64,000 nt of DNA, from positions 1 through 64,000 of the IMG/VR virus record IMGVR_UViG_3300043447_000415; one strand, 5' to 3'. This document shows, one piece after another, positions 27,701 to 34,813 of this stretch. A program made the position numbers and the translations under genes. The stretch is from a virus (taxonomy: Duplodnaviria; Caudoviricetes). The notes beneath the pieces were generated by a model that saw only the letters and a program-made list of their open reading frames with translations, was not told where the DNA came from and made no database searches. Position 1 is the stretch's first letter. Each line of letters begins with the position of its first letter.

Positions 27701-28532
27701 CATCGTCACCAATATAGAACGTGCCGGGGCCAGATGTGATGCGCAGGGATGGGCTGCTGTTGCTGAAATCCAGATAGGCGCCGGTCAGCGTACCGCCGCT
27801 CAGGGGCAAGGCGTAGCTACCGAAGTTTGCGCTCGTCAGTACTGTTTTCCAGGCTGTCCAAGTTGAGGAATCCGTCTGGTTGCGGAACTGCATGAGTCCA
27901 CCGTAGGTGAACGTCATTTGCAGCGGGCCGAGAGAGCCACTCGAGTTGAAGACCAAAACGCCTTGGCTGTCGCTAGAGTTGTTCTGCGTGTAGAAGCCGT
28001 TTGCCGTGGCTGTGTCGATGCTGGCGGCTGCAACTGAGCCTCGGTTTCTCATCCACGGCGCGTCGTTGGCCAAGCTACCAGCGCTGCCGGAAATCGACCC
28101 ACTGCTCGTGATATAGCCACTCGGGTTGGTGCTGTTGTAAGGGGTGAACCCCAGCGCCGAGGTCACGTTGCCGCTGGTGAGCGACAAGGTGCCGCCCAAG
28201 GTGAGGTTGCCCGAGCCTGTGACGGTGCCGGAGAGGGTGAGGCCAGAGACGGTGCCCGTGCCGCCCACCGAGGTGACCGTGCCCGAGCCTGCGCTCGAGT
28301 TCACCCAGTTGGTGCCGTTCCAGGACAGACCCTGCCCTGTCGCCAGGGAAGAAAGAACCACATCGGAAAGTCCACTCAACTGCCCGCTGCCCACCTGGAC
28401 GATGTTGGTGCCGTTGTTGATCCAGATTTTCCGGTCCGCCATGTTGACGGCCAGTTCGCCCGACGACAGGTTGGAAATGGTTGGAGCAACCCCCGCAGAA
28501 TTACTGCGCTTGGGCTTGAGTATATTTGGCAT
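24753..28532 (-). CDS. Long tail fibre with C-terminal S74 intramolecular chaperone
   Basis: Gly/Ser/Thr-rich mosaic; N-terminal KRS...GELAVN adaptor; YSDEKLKTNW cleavage motif and C-terminal coiled coil. Confidence 0.9.
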   Translation of the reverse strand: MPNILKPKRSNSAGVAPTISNLSSGELAVNMADRKIWINNGTNIVQVGSGQLSGLSDVVLSSLATGQGLSWNGTNWVNSSAGSGTVTSVGGTGTVSGLTLSGTVTGSGNLTLGGTLSLTSGNVTSALGFTPYNSTNPSGYITSSGSISGSAGSLANDAPWMRNRGSVAAASIDTATANGFYTQNNSSDSQGVLVFNSSGSLGPLQMTFTYGGLMQFRNQTDSSTWTAWKTVLTSANFGSYALPLSGGTLTGAYLDFSNSSPSLRITSGPGTFYIGDDDIVNLGSGAVVATPSSRISSGVSIFSTHAYATGQGDNKTHFGYYNGSSYVNYIRGAATYFDSGTLQIGGNQALHAGNYSSYALPLSGGTVTGVTTFSNASDTQIILNGGGTSWAGISWTDVAGTDYTWFNGSTSTFAIGGGGSAVSGKKLHVNGGMTIGSGYAATSNPTNGLNVEGAIQQAGNQVLHAGNYTSYSPSLGGSGASGIWGISVTGSARRIGFEDGPRNLSDRLPNSFTRTVNFDFVGAGVGNGSGNYAGVMTFSPWTGTSASTGDSSYQLAFANGSGVNASGQPKLSIRNGIDSTWNAWYTLLHDGNYSSYALPLSGGTVTGALNVSRQRLSFSSTYNDANHSIYNNYNNIDGEGGWDGMKMNVFDGLRIRVGNASGVTPATLLALSSSSVRINTQLQVGQNTNGTAHIDAFGGIARFSRDNTAYGLHLDGNNYASFVNANGYVTIGPLNTSHSHFQTDRPSFYFNKDVLVDGQLYRYSGNLPYLHSGNYTSYSSFIGAVTSGGNNGFRNDVYYGGVRNPIWSFGNATTYGISYFQGGAGIGGADTFGVSVNGSTSATGVNFAVTPSASYVNNNVVLHAGNYTSYSPSLTGSGASGTWGINITGSAGSVSGFKSFGTIYINPNGTNANCTTAQLIAHLTTLGMFNFAHSVAKCAWDYAGNNDLTDTGFGTVDMAGCVIETWINSAEKHVRITRPTTGAGGFQVLVYNDQGSGYAPGWRAMMTSENIASYAPTLSGGGASGTWSINVTGSAGSVAWSGVSGKPTTVAGYGITDAVSSSTLSSYLPLAGGSLTGNLSLTGNVTVNNASPTIYLQDTDNNSAMLHCNSNLMYILRGANNSTSWAQVGGYWPVYWDLTNNNATFGGSIWAAGNITAYSDEKLKTNWSDLADDFVARLAQVKSGVFDRTDTGKRQVGVSAQSLQKVLPEAVDYHEKEDLLSVAYGNAALAAAVELAKDNVDLRARVAKLEALVSKLIEG
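25270..27850 (-). repeat. Recurrent linker repeats in the long fibre
   Basis: LHAGNY(S/T)SY followed by ALPLSGG or SPSL.GSGASG.W, about 8 copies. Confidence 0.75.
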
Positions 28533-28563
28533 GTGACTCCCCTTCTGACCTATCTAGGTCGGG

Positions 28564-28587
28564 TTTAAAGCCCCCTATGTAGGGGGC
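28564..28587 (-). terminator. Hairpin between two fibre genes
   Basis: GCCCCCT-ACAT-AGGGGGC then TTT. Confidence 0.55.
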
Positions 28588-28605
28588 GGTTTATTCATTC
28601 GTGAC

Positions 28606-30681
28606 TTAGAAGGTTCCGCCGTCGATGGTGATTCCGTCAAACGTGGCGAGGTTGATGATCGAACCGCCTGTGATGGCCACAGCACCTGCGTTCTGGGTGG
28701 ACATCGTGCCCAGGCCGGTGATGTCGGTGTTGGGGATGGTTGCGGACGCCGTCATGGCGGCAGTGCCAGCACCCTTCACGTAGCCAGTCAGAGTCGTGGC
28801 ACCTGTACCGCCGTTGCCGACAGACAGAGCCGTACCAGACCAGTTCGAGTTGTTGATCGAGGACAGGACGGCCAGCGAGCCCAGGCCCAGGGTCGAGCGT
28901 GCGGCGGTGGCATCAGCGTCATCGACCAGTGTGCGGCCGAAGGCGGTAAAGGTCGCGAGTGCAGCGGTGCCGGAGCCTGTGAAGTAAGGCAGGCGGTCAG
29001 CAGCGCTGACCAGACCAGCCAGAGCCGTCAGTTCAGCATCCAGACCTTGAGCGTCGGTGATGCCGTAGCCAGCCAATGTGGTTGGGTTCGTACCTGCACT
29101 CACACGACCGTAGGCGTCAACGGTGACGCTGCGGTAGGTGCCCGCAGTACCGATTGTCGCGAGGTCGATGTTGTCGGCGTTGACGACGATTCGAGCACTC
29201 GAGGCGGTACCGATGTCGATGCTGTTGCCCGACTTGGTCAGGCCCATACCAGCGCTGATCTGGCCAGCGCCAGAGAATTGCTGGAAGGTGATCGCAGTGG
29301 TGTTCAGCGTGCCACCGGGTTCCACAGTGCACACAAAGCCCATGTCGGCGTTGACCGTACCGGACTCGGCGAAGACGTAAGCGCCAGGCAGCTCGAGCCA
29401 GGTGTCAGCATCCAGCGAGCGGGTCCAGGCGCCAGCGGCGACGACGTAGATACCGTTCTGCGAAGCGGTTGTCTGATCCTTGACCAGCACACGGTCGCCG
29501 GCGACGAGCGCGATGCCGTCGATGGTCATCGTGCCGGAGAGGGTTGCAATGTTGGCGGTGGTTGCGGCGCGGACGGACTGCTTGGGGTCGAGACCCTGCA
29601 CTGTCATGTCCACGTAGTTCTTGGTCGCTGCGTCCTGTGCGTTCACAGGGTCGGCGAGGTTGGTGATCTTGCGGCTGTTCAGCGACACGTCGGCCGTCGG
29701 CACAGCCATCTGGTCAAGACGGTTGGTGCGGACTTGAGTGTCGAAGTCGCTGATCTTGGCGGCGGTCAGCGTCGGGATGTCAGTCGCAGACAGTGTTGTG
29801 CCGGCGGTGGCGCGACCTTTCGCGTCAACGGTGAGCTTCGTGTAGGTGCCAGCGGTCACGCCGCTTGCTGCCAGAGTCAGCGCTGTCGAGGAGCCTGTTG
29901 TGCCGGTGCCGGTCGCGTCGCCCGTGAAGGTCAGCGAACTGGAGATCGAAGATGTCGAGACGGCCGTTACGCGACCTTTGGCATCAACCGTGATGACAGG
30001 CACAGCGGTGGCCGAGCCGTAGCTCCCGGCAGTAACGCCCGAAGCGGCCAGTGTCAGAGCTCCGGTTGCGTTTGCCGAGCCGTCGAAGTTGATCGTCCAG
30101 GTGGCGTCGCCAGTCGCAGAGATCGAGCGAGATGTTGCCAGCGTTGTTGCCGTCGAGGCGTTACCGCTCAGAGCGGCAGTGATGGTGCCGGCCGCGAAGT
30201 TGCCAGAGGCGTCGCGAGCGACAACTTTGGATGCGGTGTTGACGCTCGTCGCATCTACCGCGAACGTCACTCCACCAGAGCCGTTGAACGTGCCGCCAGT
30301 CAGGAAAGCTCCTGCCGTCAGCGCGTTGGTCGTGTTCGCAGTGATCGTGATGTTGCCGGAACCGTTGAACGACACGCCGTTGATCGTGCGTGCAGTCTCC
30401 AGAATCGTTGCCGTGCCTGCGTTGCCGCTGATGGAGCCACTGATTGTCTGGAGGAAGGTCTTGACGCCGTCGATGGTTTGCGAGCCTGTCAGCGCTGCGA
30501 AAGCGCCGCTACCTGCAATGGGAATGACAGAGGTTGCACTGCCGCCCGCTCCACCCGTGCCCGAGCCGTAGTAGAGCGTGAGGTCTTGTTCGTTGAATGC
30601 GAGTTCGGCGTTCTGGAGCGAGGCGGGTGCGCCTGCTGCTCCACCGGCTGCGCGGCGTTTGATGCGTACTGTATTTGCCAT
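28606..30681 (-). CDS. Tail fibre protein
   Basis: IKRR...AELAFNE N-terminus; [42 protein letters not shown] fibre motifs; ends DGGTF. Confidence 0.88.
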   Translation of the reverse strand: MANTVRIKRRAAGGAAGAPASLQNAELAFNEQDLTLYYGSGTGGAGGSATSVIPIAGSGAFAALTGSQTIDGVKTFLQTISGSISGNAGTATILETARTINGVSFNGSGNITITANTTNALTAGAFLTGGTFNGSGGVTFAVDATSVNTASKVVARDASGNFAAGTITAALSGNASTATTLATSRSISATGDATWTINFDGSANATGALTLAASGVTAGSYGSATAVPVITVDAKGRVTAVSTSSISSSLTFTGDATGTGTTGSSTALTLAASGVTAGTYTKLTVDAKGRATAGTTLSATDIPTLTAAKISDFDTQVRTNRLDQMAVPTADVSLNSRKITNLADPVNAQDAATKNYVDMTVQGLDPKQSVRAATTANIATLSGTMTIDGIALVAGDRVLVKDQTTASQNGIYVVAAGAWTRSLDADTWLELPGAYVFAESGTVNADMGFVCTVEPGGTLNTTAITFQQFSGAGQISAGMGLTKSGNSIDIGTASSARIVVNADNIDLATIGTAGTYRSVTVDAYGRVSAGTNPTTLAGYGITDAQGLDAELTALAGLVSAADRLPYFTGSGTAALATFTAFGRTLVDDADATAARSTLGLGSLAVLSSINNSNWSGTALSVGNGGTGATTLTGYVKGAGTAAMTASATIPNTDITGLGTMSTQNAGAVAITGGSIINLATFDGITIDGGTF

Positions 30682-30953
30682 TAGAAGTTTCCTCCGTCCG
30701 TCAGGCTCGGTGCTGAGATGTTGATGACCTTGTTAGCTCCGATGGCCAGGATGTCCCCGTCCGCCGGACTCGTGAGCTGAACGGCCAAACCGCCGATCTG
30801 ATTCGGACCTGGGTCTCCCCGATCGCCCTTGTCGCCCTTGTCTCCTTTTTCCCCAGAGGGTCCTATCACACCTTCGGAGATAACCTCCGCAGGCTGATCG
30901 TCAATCACGACAACCGAGATTTCCTCGGTCGTCTGGACAATTTCAAAGTCCAT
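30681..30953 (-). CDS. Short collagen-like fibre/adaptor protein
   Basis: [20 protein letters not shown] Gly-X-Y run; ends DGGNF. Confidence 0.7.
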   Translation of the reverse strand: MDFEIVQTTEEISVVVIDDQPAEVISEGVIGPSGEKGDKGDKGDRGDPGPNQIGGLAVQLTSPADGDILAIGANKVINISAPSLTDGGNF

Positions 30954-31293
30954 CTTTGGTGACTCCGGGTGTGACCGTGAGCTTGCCTTCGATGAATCGA
31001 ATTTCTTGGCCGCTTGGCGCGTAGAGCTTCAAGTCATACACGCCGGAAGTGATGGCATCTGTATCGTTGGCGGCAACGTCGAGCTGTACGACGCCTGGGC
31101 CAGGGAATGTGATTCGCCCGTTGGCTGTGGACAGCTCGAGAATCACGTTCGCGGAGGTCGCGGACGGACGCACCTGCATCTTGGCGGTGTAGCCAGTCAG
31201 GGGCACGGGGCGCTTGTTCTTGTCGCGCCATACCAGACGCTTTGTGAAGGTCGCACCCTGTTCGATCGAGATGTTCAACTTTGCGGCGGGCAT
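30943..31293 (-). CDS. Virion adaptor protein (BppU-like Ig fold)
   Basis: NISIEQGATF...PLTGYTAKMQVR...GVYDL...EGKLTVTPGVT. Confidence 0.65.
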   Translation of the reverse strand: MPAAKLNISIEQGATFTKRLVWRDKNKRPVPLTGYTAKMQVRPSATSANVILELSTANGRITFPGPGVVQLDVAANDTDAITSGVYDLKLYAPSGQEIRFIEGKLTVTPGVTKDGL

Positions 31294-31314
31294 GGATGTT
31301 CCAAAATTTGGGCC

Positions 31315-31358
31315 ATTCTAAGGCCGAAAAGCCGAGAATGTCAAGTCAGTCATGACTT
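31315..31358 (-). promoter_or_regulatory. Promoter TTGACA-N18-TAGAAT with perfect operator 31343-31358
   Basis: -10 at 31315-31320, -35 at 31339-31344, AAGTCA GTCA TGACTT. Confidence 0.75.
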
Positions 31359-31845
31359 ATTTGCCAGACTGAACGACTTTTTGAATGTATGCGTGCAAGC
31401 CGCTTACTTGATCTCTGAGGCTGTCAGCTTCGAGCGCCATGCTTCGATATTCTTCTGAGCACGTTCCAAGTAGCTCTCGGGCGATACGGGCTTCATCAGA
31501 GAAGGCGACGGATTCGGGATTCGAGGGGGCTGGACGGGCATTGAGTCGATTGATTTGGTCGCGCAGCCCTGTGTCAGAGCGGCGAGCAGCAGCGTCCCGA
31601 GAAGCCAGCAGCTTGTCTTTCTTGGCGAGTTCATCTGTAAGCCTTTCGTTTGTCGTCACGAGTTGACGCTCTTTGTCTCGCGCCATTGATTCTTGTCGCG
31701 CAGTCGCGTTGGCGACTTCGAGCTTGTAGGCCGCGAACTGAGTCGTAACCGAGTTCTTGCCGACGTATTGGGTGACGCCGAACGCCAGCAGCGCCAGCGC
31801 AAGCGCACCCCAGAGGTAGTCCTTGATGCCGATCAGGAAGTTCAT
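31357..31845 (-). CDS. i-spanin (Rz)
   Basis: N-terminal TM helix plus periplasmic coiled coil, downstream of endolysin. Confidence 0.85.
   Translation of the reverse strand: MNFLIGIKDYLWGALALALLAFGVTQYVGKNSVTTQFAAYKLEVANATARQESMARDKERQLVTTNERLTDELAKKDKLLASRDAAARRSDTGLRDQINRLNARPAPSNPESVAFSDEARIARELLGTCSEEYRSMALEADSLRDQVSGLHAYIQKVVQSGK
31404..31634 (-). CDS. o-spanin (Rz1) lipoprotein embedded in Rz
   Basis: Signal peptide with lipobox LTQGC, Pro-rich mature part, fully nested in another frame. Confidence 0.8.
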   Translation of the reverse strand: MNSPRKTSCWLLGTLLLAALTQGCATKSIDSMPVQPPRIPNPSPSLMKPVSPESYLERAQKNIEAWRSKLTASEIK

Positions 31846-32327
31846 GCGCCCTCACCGATGCAGGTGCGGTATTCGTCCTGACGGCGGCTCGTCAAACCTT
31901 TGACAGTCACGCCTTTGACCTTGTCCCACTTCAGGAGCTCCTTGCAGGCTCCCGCGTAGTCCAAAGCGTTCAGCTTCTTGGTCAGGGTCGATTTGCAGAA
32001 CGCCGTCTCGCCCACGTTGTAGGTGAAGCTGACGTACGCCTGGAACTCGTAGGGGTGCATCGGGACGGGCGCACAGCGCTTGACCGCTTGCTCGAACCGG
32101 GTTGCGTCGCGCAGCAGGTCAACCAAGGCGCGAGTGGGGTTGGTCTTCTGACCCATCTTGACCGGCGTTCCATCAGGATGGCGAGTAGTGCCATGCCCGA
32201 AGGTGGGCACATCCCCAGGAACGGGAATAATGGCGTTCTCGGTATAGCTCTCATGCAGAGCAATACCTACAAGCGTAGATGCGGCCAGTACTAGGCTGCC
32301 GACGGCGACTCGAGGCTTGGAAATCAT
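31842..32327 (-). CDS. SAR-type endolysin (GH24 lysozyme)
   Basis: Weakly hydrophobic N-terminal segment followed by E-x10-D-x5/6-T residues (HESY...GDVPTFGHGT); SFTYNVG; GLTSRR. Confidence 0.9.
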   Translation of the reverse strand: MISKPRVAVGSLVLAASTLVGIALHESYTENAIIPVPGDVPTFGHGTTRHPDGTPVKMGQKTNPTRALVDLLRDATRFEQAVKRCAPVPMHPYEFQAYVSFTYNVGETAFCKSTLTKKLNALDYAGACKELLKWDKVKGVTVKGLTSRRQDEYRTCIGEGA

Positions 32328-32545
32328 TCGGAATCCTTTTGTGCAAGAAGACGAGTCACGAAGGCGCCACTCACAACAAGCGCCACCAATGAAGCTGACG
32401 CCCAGCGCGGCCACGGCAGGCTGTCTGTGACGACGGGGAGAATGACTTCGACGCCCGAAAGCACTCCCGCAAGCAGCATCAGTCGAATGCTCCAGGCGCG
32501 ACGAAGGACGTGTCGCCAGTCGGGGATGAGTTCGGGTTTCTTCAC
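32324..32545 (-). CDS. Holin / pinholin
   Basis: LIPDWRHVLRRAWSIRL, two TM segments, overlaps the endolysin start. Confidence 0.75.
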   Translation of the reverse strand: MKKPELIPDWRHVLRRAWSIRLMLLAGVLSGVEVILPVVTDSLPWPRWASASLVALVVSGAFVTRLLAQKDSE

Positions 32546-32644
32546 AGACGTTTGCTCATTAGTGACTTATGGTTTGTGAGTTAGTGATATTTCTGCAAAT
32601 ACCACACCTTATTGCCAAGAATCAGTTTTCAATATGTCCTTGGA

Positions 32645-32883
32645 TTAAGTGATCGCTTCAAGCGGCTTTCGACCGCAGATCAAGTGATGAAACTGTTTTT
32701 CGCGACTCATCTTAATGTTACCATAGCTCTGTTTGTCGGTGAGGCCGGCCTCGCCTTGAGCATGTTCTTGAGAGAGCCTGCAAAGCGCGTGCGCTGAAAG
32801 CCATAAGCCTCCACTAAGTGCTTTGCGACCAGCCTCTTGCCGCTGCCTGCTACGTCGAGAATGACGGCGATCTTTCGGGTCAT
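32645..32883 (-). pseudogene. Decayed deoxynucleoside-monophosphate kinase fragment
   Basis: MTRKIAVILDVAGSGKRLVAKHLVEAYGFQRTRFAGSLKNML then frameshift near 32750 into GLTDKQSYG...LICGRKP and an early stop. Confidence 0.6.
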
Positions 32884-33435
32884 TGCTTAATTCTTTCAAG
32901 ACTTTGCCTTAAGGCGTCCCAAGACGAGCTTCTCGACAAACAGAACCCCCAAACCCACATAAGCCTCGGATTGAATCCCTGAACAAGATTCACTTCATGT
33001 GGCAGGTGCGAAACGGGGTAACAAATTAAATCGCCCATCGGCATCTGATACACGTCTTCATCGATGACTACGTCCCCACCAGAATCCGGTGGAGAAACGA
33101 TCATGTTGCAGTGAACCGTGATGGTGCTCTCGTGCCACACCGGATCAACGTGCCGGTAGCATGTGTCCCCCAGGGTAGGCGCAACTGGCAACCATTCCAT
33201 CCTTGAAAGGTATGGGTCGGACATTAAATTCTGCAATGGATGAAGCGATGCTGGACTGAAGCTCGTAGCTTTCCTTGGGAAACTGAAAACCATCATGGCT
33301 GTACCGGGTCGTTAATCTGTTGCCTTTCATGTTGGCGTCACGAAAGAATGGGCAATGGAGGTGCTCGGTAATCCATCTCGCCAACGCGCTGCAATGGGTG
33401 GCGCTCGCAAACTCTCGAACGTAAAAAGGCTTCAT
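32880..33435 (-). pseudogene. 2OG-Fe(II) oxygenase split by one extra base in a G5 run
   Basis: Removing one G at 33167-33171 joins the two ORFs into 184 aa with HVD...HEV...R motifs. Confidence 0.75.
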
Positions 33436-33798
33436 TCAGGCGGATGTGCAGATTGCCGCAGATAAGGTGAGTGGATTCACGCCGGCAGGGATCATGGACG
33501 GATCAAGAATCTCGCCTGTGTCCTTGTCGCGCAAGGCATGGATGCAGTAGGCCACGGTCTCATCGGTGAGCGCCTCGAGTTGATGCACCTTGTCCTTGTG
33601 GATGTAGATCATGTGCGGGGCGATGAACTCCGTGCTCACACCCTCCACCGTCACCTTGAGCTTGCCTTTGGCGAGCAAAGTGAGATGATCGAACTGGTGC
33701 GTGTGACCAATTTCTGTGTCGCCAGTTTTCTCGAACCGCATCATGCGTGAGAAGAGGTTTGCAACACATCCGATTTTTACTTCTGGCGACGACTGCAT
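33436..33798 (-). CDS. Cupin-domain protein
   Basis: GHTHQFDHLTLLAKG and IHKDKVHQLEALTD cupin motifs. Confidence 0.85.
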   Translation of the reverse strand: MQSSPEVKIGCVANLFSRMMRFEKTGDTEIGHTHQFDHLTLLAKGKLKVTVEGVSTEFIAPHMIYIHKDKVHQLEALTDETVAYCIHALRDKDTGEILDPSMIPAGVNPLTLSAAICTSA

Positions 33799-33800
33799 GA

Positions 33801-34160
33801 TTAAACCTTGGTCACAGGAATATCACCTGACGATGGAGTTGCTGAAATCTTAATGATGTCAGGCTTAGGGTATCGGGTTTTGATTTCTTGAATTGCTTCT
33901 TTCCACTCTTGGATACCCTTGTGATAAATAATGTCAAGTTGCTCTTCGATAGACGGGTATTTAAGCCTCCGAAGTTGGTCATAACCCAAGCCCAATTCTT
34001 CTTCGGGTGGAGAAGTGCGCTTGAATTCTTCAACAATTGCATCAATCTCTTCAGAGCTTGGTTGCGGAACGGCTGTCGACCTCCACTCAACTTCTGAGTT
34101 GGTTACGGAAAAATCGACGCCGGGAAATTTGGCGATTAGCGCTTCAAACAAAATAGACAT
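33801..34160 (-). CDS. Fibre assembly / XkdW-like protein
   Basis: WRSTAVPQPS..EI...RRLKYPSIEEQLDIIYH..W...I.EIKTRYPK. Confidence 0.65.
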   Translation of the reverse strand: MSILFEALIAKFPGVDFSVTNSEVEWRSTAVPQPSSEEIDAIVEEFKRTSPPEEELGLGYDQLRRLKYPSIEEQLDIIYHKGIQEWKEAIQEIKTRYPKPDIIKISATPSSGDIPVTKV

Positions 34161-34170
34161 TGCAATCTCC

Positions 34171-34812
34171 TTAAAGCCAATTCAAGAATTGAATCGAAGT
34201 GCTTTTAATGCCCCACGATTCCTCTTGACCAGAGCCGTTACCCATTCTTGCCGCGAAAACGAATGTTACTCCTGCCTGCAACAATGATCCGGGGATGTCG
34301 ACATCAACCGAGTGCTGCCGATCGACAAAGTTAGCAACGGTACTTCCATTGGTACTCCATACTGCGGGAGCCCAAGATGCTTCCGAGCTAAACCCATAAT
34401 TGTTGGTGATGCGAGTCGAGCCTCCGTCGTCGGTGTTCTCGCCAAAATTACCAATAACGCGAACACGCATTCCGCGAGGAACACCGCTCGTTTTAAGGGT
34501 CATGCTAACAGTTGCTCTGTTGTAGATGGTAGTCCAAGCACTGTAACCATCGTTATAGGCGTAATAGTCGCCTGCATCCGTCTGATAACCATGATCGCCG
34601 TTACCGTAATAAGTACCTGCTTGACCGGTCGAGTTGTCTGCACGATGGTAGGCATAACGCCGAATATAGGTTTTATTGCGGGTAACCGATGTGCTTGTCA
34701 GGCCGACCCCAAAGATTGCATTGAGTGCAGCCGTGTCTGTCATGAACGGGCTTGAAGACATGGTTGTGCCATCATTAAAAAGAATGTCGGTGTTTCTGAG
34801 TGATACTGGCAT
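34171..34812 (-). CDS. Short tail fibre / receptor-binding-like protein
   Basis: MPVSLRNTDILFNDGTT N-terminus, beta-rich Gly/Tyr C-terminus, lower GC. Confidence 0.6.
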   Translation of the reverse strand: MPVSLRNTDILFNDGTTMSSSPFMTDTAALNAIFGVGLTSTSVTRNKTYIRRYAYHRADNSTGQAGTYYGNGDHGYQTDAGDYYAYNDGYSAWTTIYNRATVSMTLKTSGVPRGMRVRVIGNFGENTDDGGSTRITNNYGFSSEASWAPAVWSTNGSTVANFVDRQHSVDVDIPGSLLQAGVTFVFAARMGNGSGQEESWGIKSTSIQFLNWL

Positions 34813-34813
34813 T

